DNA of 62,787 bases, counting the filler, from Sphacelaria rigidula (taxonomy: Eukaryota), in NCBI GenBank assembly GCA_964200075.2. It is 4 parts of 4 records of this genome, joined end to end, with 100 filler letters (N's around TTAATTAATTAA, not from the genome) between each part and the next. Parts side by side here need not be neighbours in the genome. Positions count along the whole stretch, not along the records: positions 1 to 15,623 come from CAXNAA020001665.1; positions 15,724 to 31,346 come from CAXNAA020001666.1; 2 more parts are not named here. The stretch is one strand, 5' to 3'. A program made the translations under genes and the position numbers. Positions 13,849-25,706 of this stretch are shown here, in pieces. Each line of letters opens with the position of its first letter. The first letter of the stretch is position 1. The notes beneath the pieces were generated by a model. The model was not told where the DNA came from and did no database searches. It saw nothing but the letters and a program-made list of their open reading frames with translations.

Positions 13849-15221
13849 TTAAGGGTAAAGATCAAAACTTGAATGATCTAATGATATGCCGTACCCTCAG
13901 TGCGATGTACATGGTTTGAATCGATGCTTGATCGCTCTTGACTTTTGATGACGGGAAATGAGGGGCACAGGAAGGTCAGCGAATGCTTGTCAGGTGTGTA
14001 CATATCATGAGATTAAATCGACAGCATCCATGTGTCAGGTGTAGCAGCTGTCTGCGGGTAGCGTGACGCGCCCACCATCAGCATATTCACAGCTTCTGAG
14101 ATTCGACGAGACTTTGATGTGTGGCAGGCGTGCCGGGGCATGATGCGAAGTGGTCTATTACCACATCATGCCACTCACACGAAGAATTGCAAAGTCCCCC
14201 TCGCTACCGCCTCGACTCCCCGCCCCCATCTAGACACACCTGAGACGATTAGTTGTTCACGCGTACCAGTGTGCGCGCTCCGCTCCGCGCTCCAAGTGTA
14301 CGTAGATCACTGCCTGCCGTGAAAACTACAGCATACCAAGAAAATGTAAGCAGAGTCCGTAGCTAGTTTCGATTATTCGCCCCTCTCGGAGGAGGGGACA
14401 CATAACGGTGAAGCTGAGGCTGAAAATTATTCATTTGACCCAGGTGTTCGTATTTTTATTTTTTTAAACAAGATCATGTTAGGCCGCTTGGTATCCTGGC
14501 GGAAAAAGTTCAGCCTGGAGAAAGTATGCGCGTCTGTTCCGGCAACTTTCTGATACACTGTCGTGTCACCATTTCATTTTTTGGGTCAGTTCTGAGTCGG
14601 TGCACGAGTTTTGTCCGCAACTGGATTTTTTCAGTAGTCCAACCGGCCTACATGCTTCACACACAATTGTAGAAATATTTCGCTGTGCCACTCCGCTGTG
14701 CCGTCGTGCTTAGCAAACATTCTCGAAGCCCCGCAACTCCCCACGCATGGCGATGGGTGGAACCAGCTGTGTGAGAGACGCACTGCTATCGTACTAACTG
14801 GATGGAGCAGCACGCCGGGTGTGGGGTTTGGGGGGCCTGCATGGATAAGGTAGTAGACCGGGGGTGTCATGCTGTCACAACGCGTTCATCGTGCGAGCAT
14901 ACATTTCTCACCTCGTTCGCTCTCGTTTCAGGTGTTCCGAAAACGCCCAGTCCAACATCGAGCAAACGTTGGGGCGCCTACTTTTCCACTGAATTTCCTG
15001 GGACGATATGTATGGTGATATAGACTACAGTACTTCGTTCGGTTGATGAATAGCTCATTTATTAGTGTTGTGTGCCGCGTATCTACCTTGGAGTCTCATC
15101 TCGTACCAGACGCAATGTGCGCCACATCCGTCTTTCCGACTCTACCGTACCCGCGTACCCCGCATCGATTATTTCACTTCACAGAGCCAGATTCATCACC
15201 TCTTTGACATGTCTGTGGTGA

Positions 15222-15413
15222 GACCGTGTCTGATCAAATTGTTTTTGACTCGAAAACGTACGGTGGAATCAAATTTGCTCGTGCCTGATACGTCCACGGC
15301 ATTCATGTTCTCAAAACCATCTCAGAAAATTAGTAGCGTGGGCGAATCAGAAACGAGCGAATTCGATTCGACCGCACGTTTTCGACACCAAAACAGTTTG
15401 ATAAGACACGGTC
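15222..15413. mobile_element. Tourist-like MITE, same family
   Basis: tga|gaccgtgtc...gacacggtc|tga: TGA TSD, homologous to 9851-10037. Confidence 0.85.
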
Positions 15414-15623
15414 TGAGGGACAGTTCACAACTTCTCCCAGGTTGAGATTTATTTCAAGTGAGAGATGCTTTTTCCACGCACCTCAAAGGACGCTACGAAC
15501 TGCAAGCCGGTACCCACCACCTCGGATTCCCGTAGTAGTATCATGCAATAATAGCAGGAAAATCACATTATAACAGCCGATCATCTATGTTGAGGATGGT
15601 GCTTTTCATTGAGGATGAGAACC

Positions 15624-15723
15624 NNNNNNNNNNNNNNNNNNNNNNNNNNNNNNNNNNNNNNNNNNNNTTAATTAATTAANNNNNNNNNNNNNNNNNNNNN
15701 NNNNNNNNNNNNNNNNNNNNNNN
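15624..15723. other. Artificial scaffold spacer N44-TTAATTAATTAA-N44
   Basis: 12-mer with stops in all six frames at 15668-15679, between runs of 44 N. Confidence 0.99.
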
Positions 15724-16284
15724 AAGCAACAAATGAGGACGTCCCCCCCCCCCATGTAAGGGTGGTCCGGCGAGAACCCGGCGTGCTCTGCCCCGGATTT
15801 GTAGGGGCGGACCCCCATGGGGTTGACGTCGCTTGGCGATGGCGCTGTAAAACACGCCACTCACTGCGTAAGCGAGGCAACCAGGTTGCTGATTTTTTTG
15901 CGCGCTTGCGTTTTTTTTTGCGGTAACCATGATGGTGGTCGAGCTAGATCATATTTTTCAGGGTGGGAAAACCTCAACTCCGCGCTGAGGGGATGGTCAT
16001 GCTACCTGGTGTTTTGACGGTGAGACACCCATGAGGCTGTGCATAAGCCGTAGCTGTCTCTGGGAGTGGCAACACCAGAAAAAGAAGCAACTCATGGGAG
16101 GCTGTCATTCGAAAGGAAGATAGTCAGTAGGCTTCGGGCCGAACACACCATGGCGCTTCGCTTGGTGATTGAGTGCGAGCCTGGTCCAGCGAAAACCCAG
16201 CGTGCTCCTTCCCGGCTTTGTAGGGATGCGACGTCAAAGGTCATTTGACCATGACAAACAAGATCACGAGTACCCTCCCCTCCC
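15724..16284 (+). mobile_element. ~600-bp abundant interspersed repeat with internal direct repeats
   Basis: Alignable along its length to the reverse complement of 39575-40160. Fragments at ~75-155, 28420-28520, 31447-31515, 45456-45520, 45727-45805 and 47169-47272. Confidence 0.85.
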
Positions 16285-16728
16285 GCCGACGGATGATGAC
16301 CTTTTGGATCTCGAAAATCTTGTACTGGGGGGGTCGTATACACGATCCTCCATGGTCGTGGGCGCGATTGAATTCGTGATACTCGGTCTCTACATCAACT
16401 TCACCAGGGACGCACACCCACACGACGTCAGTCACTCGTATACGCAATAAAGACGCATAACATTGCACTTCACCCGGATGATAGATTTTTCGACATACTA
16501 GATGCTAGGATCTGCATCTTGCGTATACAGCAATAGCCGTATTTTTTAAAATCAAAGTACAGAGAAAAAAGCCACGCCCTGGACAAAATAGACAACAGTG
16601 GAACAAGTGTACAGGGCCAAGTATCAAGACTAATGTTAGTCATACTGTCGTGTGTTATTTTTCATCTTACGCCCGTACATCTTGTCATTTCCCACTTTAC
16701 ATGTAGCAATACACCAACACAAACACAC

Positions 16729-19700
16729 CTGGACCATGGGAGCATTCGCGCAAGCTCCCAGACATTCCACCTCAAGGAGGGAGAACATGCCGTCCTTGGT
16801 GGTCCCTATCCAACACAATTACGTAAGGTCAAAACGAACGAAGAGAAGCATCACATTGCCGTGCGGTGTGGTGAAAATGATTTTCCCGATGCAAGGGGCT
16901 TCACGGGTACGCAATACAAAAATGATTTCGTTGTCACGGTCGTGAGCGTTTCGTTTGACAATTCACACCTGTGCTATGAAACATGAAGCTACTGAAATAT
17001 TAAAAAGCATGCACTCAATAATGACACAGAATCAGTAAAACACACGTTCGCTGGAAATGGCGCCGAGGACACTAAAAAATCACCGGTATCGACACGTATT
17101 TTTGCACGTCAAAAATAGGGTTATCAACGTTTTCGTATGTATTTGGGCGTGTTTGCGAAAGAGATAAGACACACCCGTAAATAGACCCCCTGAGAAAGGG
17201 GCGCATATAACCCTCCCCTGCACCACTCGAACATGAAAACACCAGGATCTACCTGTCATTAACCCCATTCTACGTTACAACAAATTCAACAATTGGACAC
17301 ACATGCGTGGGGGTGAAGCAACTAAACTTTTCACCACGAGGGTGCTTTGACTGGGCCTTGTATCCATTTTTTAAAAGCGAAAGTGATGCCGATTCAACGG
17401 ATGATCGGCCCAACGACCCTGCCGATCAACAGCTCTCGATCGTTTCTTTTTCGCCTTCGTCCTTTTACACAAATCATGTTGCACTCAATCGACTCCATCA
17501 CCTCCGTTGTGGATGCCTAGCTCCTCCATGATGACCTTCTTGATCTCCTCCGACCCGCACACCATGCAGGGAGTAGTGCCGCACAGTTGAATGAAGTACT
17601 TGCCGCGCTTCTCTCGGTTGAACATGGTGTAGAACGTCGCTACCTCGTAGACCCTGATGGGTGCCTGTCCCACGATCTTCGCCACCTTGTCCATGGCCGC
17701 CAAGGGCAGCCAGCCGCCGTGCTGTTTTTTTTCCGAATCATTTGTCCATTTTTTCCAAAATACAACAAAAGAAGCTTTTAGACAGACCGTTCCTCCCTCC
17801 CCCAAACCAGACGAAACATACGCAGTGGGCGAACAAATATCCTCCATCATTGACTGATTGATTGCCGCACTTCAACTGGCCACCCACGGGTCCAGGCGTG
17901 GTCGCATGTTAGACGTACCCAAGGAAACGAAGGAGCAGAAAAAATCATCACCCTACCCTTTGTTACAACAGCAAACGGGCGTTGAAAAGCGAGAGGTAGA
18001 GACAAGCATCTCCTATGCCTCTTTCGGGCTATCGAAGACGTGCAATGTGGTAGTATCTAGTTCGCTGATTCGCGGAATTTAATCATAAATCGCTACAAGT
18101 AACTGAAAGACGATGTAGAAACTCTAATTGTACAATATTGTAAACCCTCCACACGTCGGATAGCTCATGAGCTATATATATATATATACATCAAATCGCT
18201 ATTTTAAGAGGACTTTCAGGTCCACTATCCAAAAACACAAGTTTACGTGACAGCGGGGGCCGAGAGGCCAAAGCGATACCTTTGCGATATTCCATGTCCT
18301 CGGCGTCTAGCGCTGTCGGGAGCAAATATGGAAAAAAGGGGCTCAACTAAGCTATATTATATGAGCTCATGATCCGGATCCGTACGCTAATGAGAAGCAA
18401 TATTCGAGAACTTCTCAGCCAAAACCTTACCTGAACTCGCTTTCGGGGCCCCCTTTGTTGATCAGCGATACACACTCTCAAGCGTAGCAGCACACTCTAG
18501 GTCATCTTCCAATTCGCAAGTGTCACACCACGAGATTGCAAACAACGCTCCACCCTTACTCTTCAGTGTCGTCACCGTAAAATGAAAGGCACTATCTCTC
18601 CCCCATGTCAACCAGGGATACGAAAGGAAAAAAAACCCAGTAAAGTCCTGGGTGCAACAGAGGAAAGAAATACTTTGCCAGAAAAAAAAACTAGACTAAA
18701 AGCCTTGCCTGTCTCTGTGCCAGGTCGAGGAGGGGAATGATGGACGCCTGACGGTAGTTGGCAGGGTACTTCGCCATAATCTTCTCCACACGAGCATAGT
18801 TCTCCGGCGTAAAGTCGAAATACGTCTCTGCCGTGTTGTCGGGGGTGTCACGGTGCTGGGGAAGGGAAGAAAGGGGGGACGGTAAGGGGGGGAAGGTAGA
18901 GTGCTCTTGTGCCAAACCAGCTCTCCGATTTGTCATGTTCAAGAAATCGTTGCGGTATATGTACAGTTCATCTGAAACGACTTCGTGCGATTGGAGCCAT
19001 ATCTTGACCATATCTTGATGAATGTGGACAATCGGTTTATTTTGTACAGGCCTTGACCCTAAGGCGGTGTATTGATGAAAGAAGGAAAGTGATGACCATT
19101 TAGTGATAGTGATCGTGCAGTGACGGTTCACAACTTCATTATTACGAGAAATCATGCGCCGTCCTCATCTAGGGGGGAAGGCACGTGATACAGTGACGGT
19201 AACAGCACGCGAACGTACCAGCGACTTCAGGCAGGGCGGCAATCACCCACAAGGGTGTATGGGTATTGTCTCAGGTCGAAATGCGGACCGCCTCCTGTAC
19301 GACAAGGAGGGCAAGCAATAGCAGCAGCGGCAGCAGCTTCGCCACCAGTAGATATGTACGGCCAGGGCAGGGTATGAATCAGCCAGTGCCGATACTGCTG
19401 CTGCTGCCCTTCCTCGTGCGAGAGGCGGTCCGCGCGTTTCGATCGTGCGACAACGCCCACGCACCCTACGCGTGATAGCCACCGTGCTGAGAGCGCTGGT
19501 CCGTACTACTCGCCGATATATCCATGCTTCCTCTCTCGGCGAAGTTCTGGGAGATGTAGCTGTGCGAATCTCTTCGTGGAAGCTGTGCACGTCGTGTATG
19601 CCCCCCACGCATGGCTACTGCTGGTGGTGGGGTTAAAGCCAGCGTGGCTACTACTAGTGATGGGAAGCCAGCTGTGCATCCCATGATGAGCCCAACAGCC

Positions 19701-22078
19701 CATGCCTTGCAACCGTGTGACGTTCTTCTTCGCATCCTCACGTGAATATTCATCCGCTCTCACGATAAATAATTTCCAAAATATTAATTTTCGTCAGAGT
19801 AATTCCGGGGGAGAATAGAATCTGGCATCAACTCACGACCGATCAAAATCCCCCCCCCAAAATCTCCAACCGCCACAATCAAAATCACTATCCCCTCGTG
19901 ATCCCACATTTTTTTAATTCGATAATACGAGCCTTAGACCGCTAGGAGGGCAGTCCATCTGGACCATGCATAATTTCTCAAGTGAAATTGAAGCCGATTC
20001 GACAGATGAACTACTCTCGCCGTCTAGGGGTCAAACTGCCAGGTACGTGGGTTCCATTGAGATCGGGCCTCACGAGGGAAGGAAGAGATCGCGGTGCATC
20101 GGAAATTGACTAATGCGTAGTTCAGAAAAAAAAGTTGCGCTACGCATGGAATCGCGAACCAGTTTCACGTACTTTACAGCTCGTGGTTCATGTACTCGAA
20201 AGTCAACAATTTTTGACTTTTGGGTACTCTGTCGAGAACAGCTTCAAGTGCAAGGCCACATGAGAATAGGAGACACAGAAACTTCTCATTTACCTCCAAC
20301 CGAAGTCTTGACCATCGACCCTGGCCTGGCGTATTAACCTACGAATCGCCGAGGGTGTCAATTTTTTTTATTTGACCATAATCTTTCCTCCATAAATGCT
20401 CAACTCACCAGGCAGTATTTTCCGCTCGTCTACGTTCAAATAGGTGAGCTTTTTTCGAGTGTGAGATGCCTCTTTTCATTCATCAACACGAGTCCTACTA
20501 CTGGCTTTATTTTGATGTTACCGTTGTACTAGTAATCCTACCTGGCACCATACAGGTCTCAGACGTTCCGGATCATCAGGCTGGATCAAAGTCTTCGTCC
20601 CCACGCTGCTGGACACATAACGACGGAAACTCACTTGACACCTCACCAGCAGAACGAGATTTTTTGTTCACGCACAACTCTTTGCTCCGCTCAGAACCAC
20701 GGTTACCATATACTCGTACGTAGCGGTCCGCATATTTCCACTCTTTCATGGTGTTCCTGGGTGGACGTATCCCGTGTTTATGGCACAAATCATAGGCAAC
20801 AAGCTGCTTCCACTACTGTTGGGTGCACTCTAGAGAATGACAACGTCATATGTTTGGTCAAGCTCCGTCATCGTGGCGGAGACTCGTGAACCCGTATGCC
20901 GCATGAGAGTATGAAATGCGGGAAGCAAAAGAAGCCTCCAGTGACTGTGAGCAAAATTCAACTTACCAGACAGTCTATACCCGGAGTACAATACCCCAAC
21001 TCGTCGCCAAATTCGACGGTTGAAATGTACTTGGTTCTTTTGATAGTGTGCATCATCACGTTCGCTTATTCCGGATGCTAGCAGTACCAGGGGATACCCA
21101 GCGCAGTACGCGTCTTCGCTCGAATCGGCATCGAAGGCATGCAATAGAGCCCTACCAACGCACATTTTTCCTACGGCACCCTCTGCACCCTCCTCGAACA
21201 AGAATTATCGGCATGTCTTGGGTTCGGATTCGGGTTCGGGTCAGGGTGAACGTTCCTCCATGACTGAGAGGTATTACAGGATAAGATCAACCTTTTCCTG
21301 GCGGGGGGCAATCCAAGCGGGAAAATGCTCTTGACCAGTTTCGTACACGATCAATAGTTCCGTGAATATCTGACCTTCCTGTCCTACCGTACCTCATCTC
21401 TATATTTAGTTTAGGACAGTACAATACTCGCAGCAGTATGCAGCATTATAGTAGCGCACTCTACATGTAGCGCTGGGGGATGCTTCCTCGTTGACGTAGC
21501 ACCCTGACTCCGTATCTGCGTAGTTTTTTTGCAATAGTCGCTTGGCCACATTCAAGGCAAAAACAAAATGCTGCTACATACCTACGGCGAAAACTCGGCT
21601 CTATCGCCTCGAGTTCAGGGCACGTAGCAACACAGACGCAGATCATCCACCGAACAAGTTACGCCTAAGTGCTGGACTCAGACACCTGCACCGACCAGGC
21701 CCCTCCAGAAAAGAGTGCTACTCGCAGTGCAGACTACATTACAAGAGCATCGCGAAGATGCCCTGACAGAATTGAGTAAACTGTCTGTGCCTTGTAAATC
21801 ATACAGCAGCAAAAGGCAGATGGGAAAACCACAGCAGACAACTACAAAGTATATCCCCCCACGACAATCAGCTCATCCTGCTTGCGACTTGGTGCACAAC
21901 GGGATTGCTTCTCATGGAGCAGCTATCTCACCTGTCCCAAGCTCAGCACATCAGATGCCGGTGCCGTGCGGTGGACGTTCCGCATCGCTCCCACACTTCC
22001 AGCTAGTGTTACTAGAGGGCATGGTCTTCGAGAAGCCAATGCCCGCGCCGCCTGCCCAATGGTGCGTTGCAATGCCAT
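16729..22078 (-). CDS. NDUFV2: NADH:ubiquinone oxidoreductase 24-kDa subunit (NDUFV2/NuoE), spliced, 3' exon(s) missing
   Basis: Phase-consistent exons: 22078-21932 ([18 protein letters not shown]...SDVLSLGQ, transit peptide); 18855-18709 ([20 protein letters not shown]...[11 protein letters not shown]); 17721-17502 ([14 protein letters not shown]...[13 protein letters not shown]...[13 protein letters not shown]); 16805-16729 ([25 protein letters not shown]). All four 2Fe-2S Cys ligands are present. Introns are GT-AG except intron 2 (GC-AG). Confidence 0.97.
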
Positions 22079-25000
22079 GCTCCCAAAGCTACAAAGGACC
22101 AATGCTGGTGGGGTGGGGCCGTTGCCGAAGCGGTGGAATACGACCAGCTGCTTACTGTTCCGATTTTGCACGCTTTTCTTACACAGCGAAAATCTGTGCA
22201 TTCCCCTGGACGACGACGGTTGAGGAGTGATATAACTATGGATCTCTAAGCGAAATAATAACTTTGTTGTTCAAACATGATGGTTTTGTCCATATCTGAC
22301 TATGATCGTATGGTAGTGCACAATAAGCTTCAGTTCGAAAGTTTGACCACGGGTCTGGACATTTACCTGGTTAATATTACCATGTGTGTATAATGTGACG
22401 GGCCGCATAGGCAGTGTTGAAATCATCTTGCTTCTGTTCCACCTTCGTCTACCATGAGGCCCGTGCTTAACCTTTTCTTCCTGTTCGGCTCTTCTGTTGG
22501 GTGAGTGCTTTGATCGTCGCGACTGCATATTGGCCAGACGACCACTGTATTGTTCGAGTGTCACAATATCGTACATGCACGAAACAGACGACGCACAAGA
22601 CAGGCAGTACGTATGTACTCATCAAAAGTATCTCGTCGAGCGAACGACAACAGTGCTAATCTTCGCAAATCCAAGGTATTCCCTGTAGGGTGGAGGATAT
22701 CAACTTGTGCCGAAGATCATCGCCCTTTCGGGTACAAAAGTATAGTGGACGAGAATAGATCGATGAGCTGGTGTTCATGTCGTCGTCACGTCTCGTCCTG
22801 ACGTCCGTTGCACACAAGTGATGCGTTGCAATTTGCATCGCTGCCTTTTATATCGCCGGTGCTTCCAGCGCATTCTTGATGACCGAATGTGGAGGAGAGA
22901 TGGGTAGGAGAGAGTAGCGGAGTAGACGGGTGAAGAGGTCAATCTAAAGAGGGGGGGAGGAAGCTTTGAGTGTGATGTGAGACAACCTTAGTTTTGACGC
23001 TGACGTCTACCCATCCTGTTTTGTAAGTCACCGTTCGATGCTGGTATCCAATAGCTACCTGCGGCACCTTTGCATGTACGGACAGTTCACAACATCCCGT
23101 TGTTGCAGTTGCATCCCCTCAAAACTCATGCACACATCTTCCCCTCATTGTAGAGGATGGGAGTATCATGGTACGAGAGTCTTCCTATCCTCTGTCGTTT
23201 GTACAGACGATATATTGATTTCCCGACCCGTCTCCCTGCGAGATGCGCAACATTTTGTCGCCCACACTGCGGCGGAGGCGGTGACGTTGCATGTCGCAAG
23301 GCAGGAAGGCTTTGGCGCAGGACCCCCGTTGAATCGCCACCTCTCGGCTGTCTTCAGCGGGGAAGGGTGTTCAATGGATCAGTAGCTACGGCACGTTTTT
23401 CATGAGCGCAAGATACCGTTGATACAATCTCCCTCTCCCGCCCGTTCGTGCTGCAGAGGGACGAGAAACATACCTCAGCAAGTATGTAGCTTTGCGTAAG
23501 TGACGAAGATGAAATATTTAGCCAGTATCATGAGAAGAAGAGGACAATCCCTTCCCCTCGGCCGCTTTTTACCGGTACGGAACTCGCCCGTGTTGCAGTT
23601 CCACAAAAAATGGGGGAAAACGTTCGGTGACTTCTCGCACCCGCGTTCCAAATCGTCACTTTCCCAGTGGGCAGCACACGACTCACATATTTTCACAGCC
23701 GTTCCCAGTGATGAAAGAAAAGTTTACGTGAGCGCATTTTTTCGCTAGTTGTGAGCACTGGTGCGGCATTAGAACACCTATGAAGAGGGGGCTCGGAACA
23801 TCTGTCACAGACATGGCCCTCCCCCGCCCCTCGCGAAGGATAGTTTTGTTGTGATCACTCACTCACTCGGGTTCGATCATTTGATACCCGGGCATGCATA
23901 CCGCAGCGATACTCTTCATTGTATTCAAAAGTCCCTTCAGGTTGTTGCTTCTTCGCCCTGATTCCTTGCCGTGTACGTACCAAGCATATTAACTTCTGTG
24001 AGGCCCCGTCGTTCCCCCAGAGTACTCCCATGGCTGTCGTTTGCAAGTTGAGACGTGCGATATTCATCTTGCGTCTTGAATTAATATCGTCATCATGGGG
24101 CTATCCTGGGTTGTCACACTAGAACAGTCCACACAAACTCATGTAGTCTTCTCCTGGGAGCAAGCATAATCGTGAGCGTGACCGACTCAACTGGGCGAGG
24201 ACGGGCACATTTCCACCTGCACACCACAGCAGCCAGACCAAGCAAGAATTCAAGCTCCCCCAGTGATAGTTTGCATTCCTTCACTCTCTTAAAGGTCGTG
24301 TGGGGTCTCAGTGAGATGCAACAAATATCAACTCGTCGGCTGGTACTCGTATGAGAACCATTTGATCCCACTCCCTCCATTTTTTTTTGGGGGGGAGAGG
24401 CGGGGGAAGGGGCACCATTATGCTTTGTCATGAGTTTTTCATAAGCACTTGGCAGCTTGGCAGTCCTGTGCTAGCGGCCAGGCACTCGACTGATCCTACA
24501 CACGGGTATAACCAAGAGGTTGAGAAAGATTCCTACGCGGCTCCGTTTTGTCTGGACAATTACAATGATGAATTTCTGCACCCCAAAAAAATGAGTTTTC
24601 GAGGCATGAGCGCCATGACACGGTTTGTGGAGGTCACAAAATATTGGGAGGTTTGTTTTGGATACACAGGCAGGGGGTCAATGTCAATTTAGCGTGAGCG
24701 TGAGTCTCAGATGATTCGCTATAGGTCGCAGTGAAGTGAGGAGTTGAGTCGTGACGAGGTTCGGAATCGAACAGTGGAGCCGGGCCGGGCCCATGCTACA
24801 GCTACGAGCTTCATATCTCCCCTACTCATGGTCTTTCGTCGGGTAGGGCATTGGTCTGTCTTTGCCACAGGCACAGGTTGTATGCCATCGTTCTACAGTC
24901 TACTCTGACTTTGGTGTCATACAGTGCGCATTATTCTGATGATACGCACACATATCCCATCCTCAATCAACCTTCAATTGATTCATTGATTGGTCATATT

Positions 25001-25706
25001 ACTATAATACTAATATTACCATTGATTAAAGGTTGATTGAGGATGGATGGTTGGATTTCATTTCTTGGATAAGGGGAGGACAATGAGAGAAAAAGCAATT
25101 ACTGTAATTTATTGAGTTTTTAAATATTAATTAATTAGAGGTTGGATGAATGGATGGATGGTTGGATTGTATTTTTTGGACAGAGGGGAAGACAATATAT
25201 ATTTATCTATATACATACGAACACGAGACTATGCTCTCCGGTACTACTCCGCTGGCCGTGTTTTTGCCGTTGAAAACATCGGTTCTGCTGTATATTCTGT
25301 CATTCGATATCACAACGTCTTGTTTCTTCCAGTTGTCGCTCATTTGCCGGATGTCAGCAACCCACCCTATTTGTTCAGTGATTCCCGAGAATGTCGGGTG
25401 CCGAAAAAGGCAGTTCCGCCTGCAATAGATTTGTCGATACTGGGACAAAAAATACTCGTCGTGCAGGCGTGGATAAAGACCAGCTGGACTTTGTCGCTTG
25501 AAAAAAGTTTTGTTGAGACAGAGTCCTCAAGCAGGAGCATTCCGAATGCCTCGTCAACATACCCGTCCAATTGATCTGACTTCGAAGACACAAATGCCCT
25601 GCTAATTGGTGGGGTTAAAGACACGCAGTCGGCCGGCAACAAAAAAGTCATGTCTTCTCCCGTATTTGTCTTGTTGCGTTGCTTGGAAAATCAACCGAAA
25701 AAACAG

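Noticed and set aside
15668-15679. TTAATTAATTAA as a biological motif or PacI site, and the '...LIN' ORFs
   Set aside because: Synthetic six-frame-stop spacer, repeated identically within N runs.
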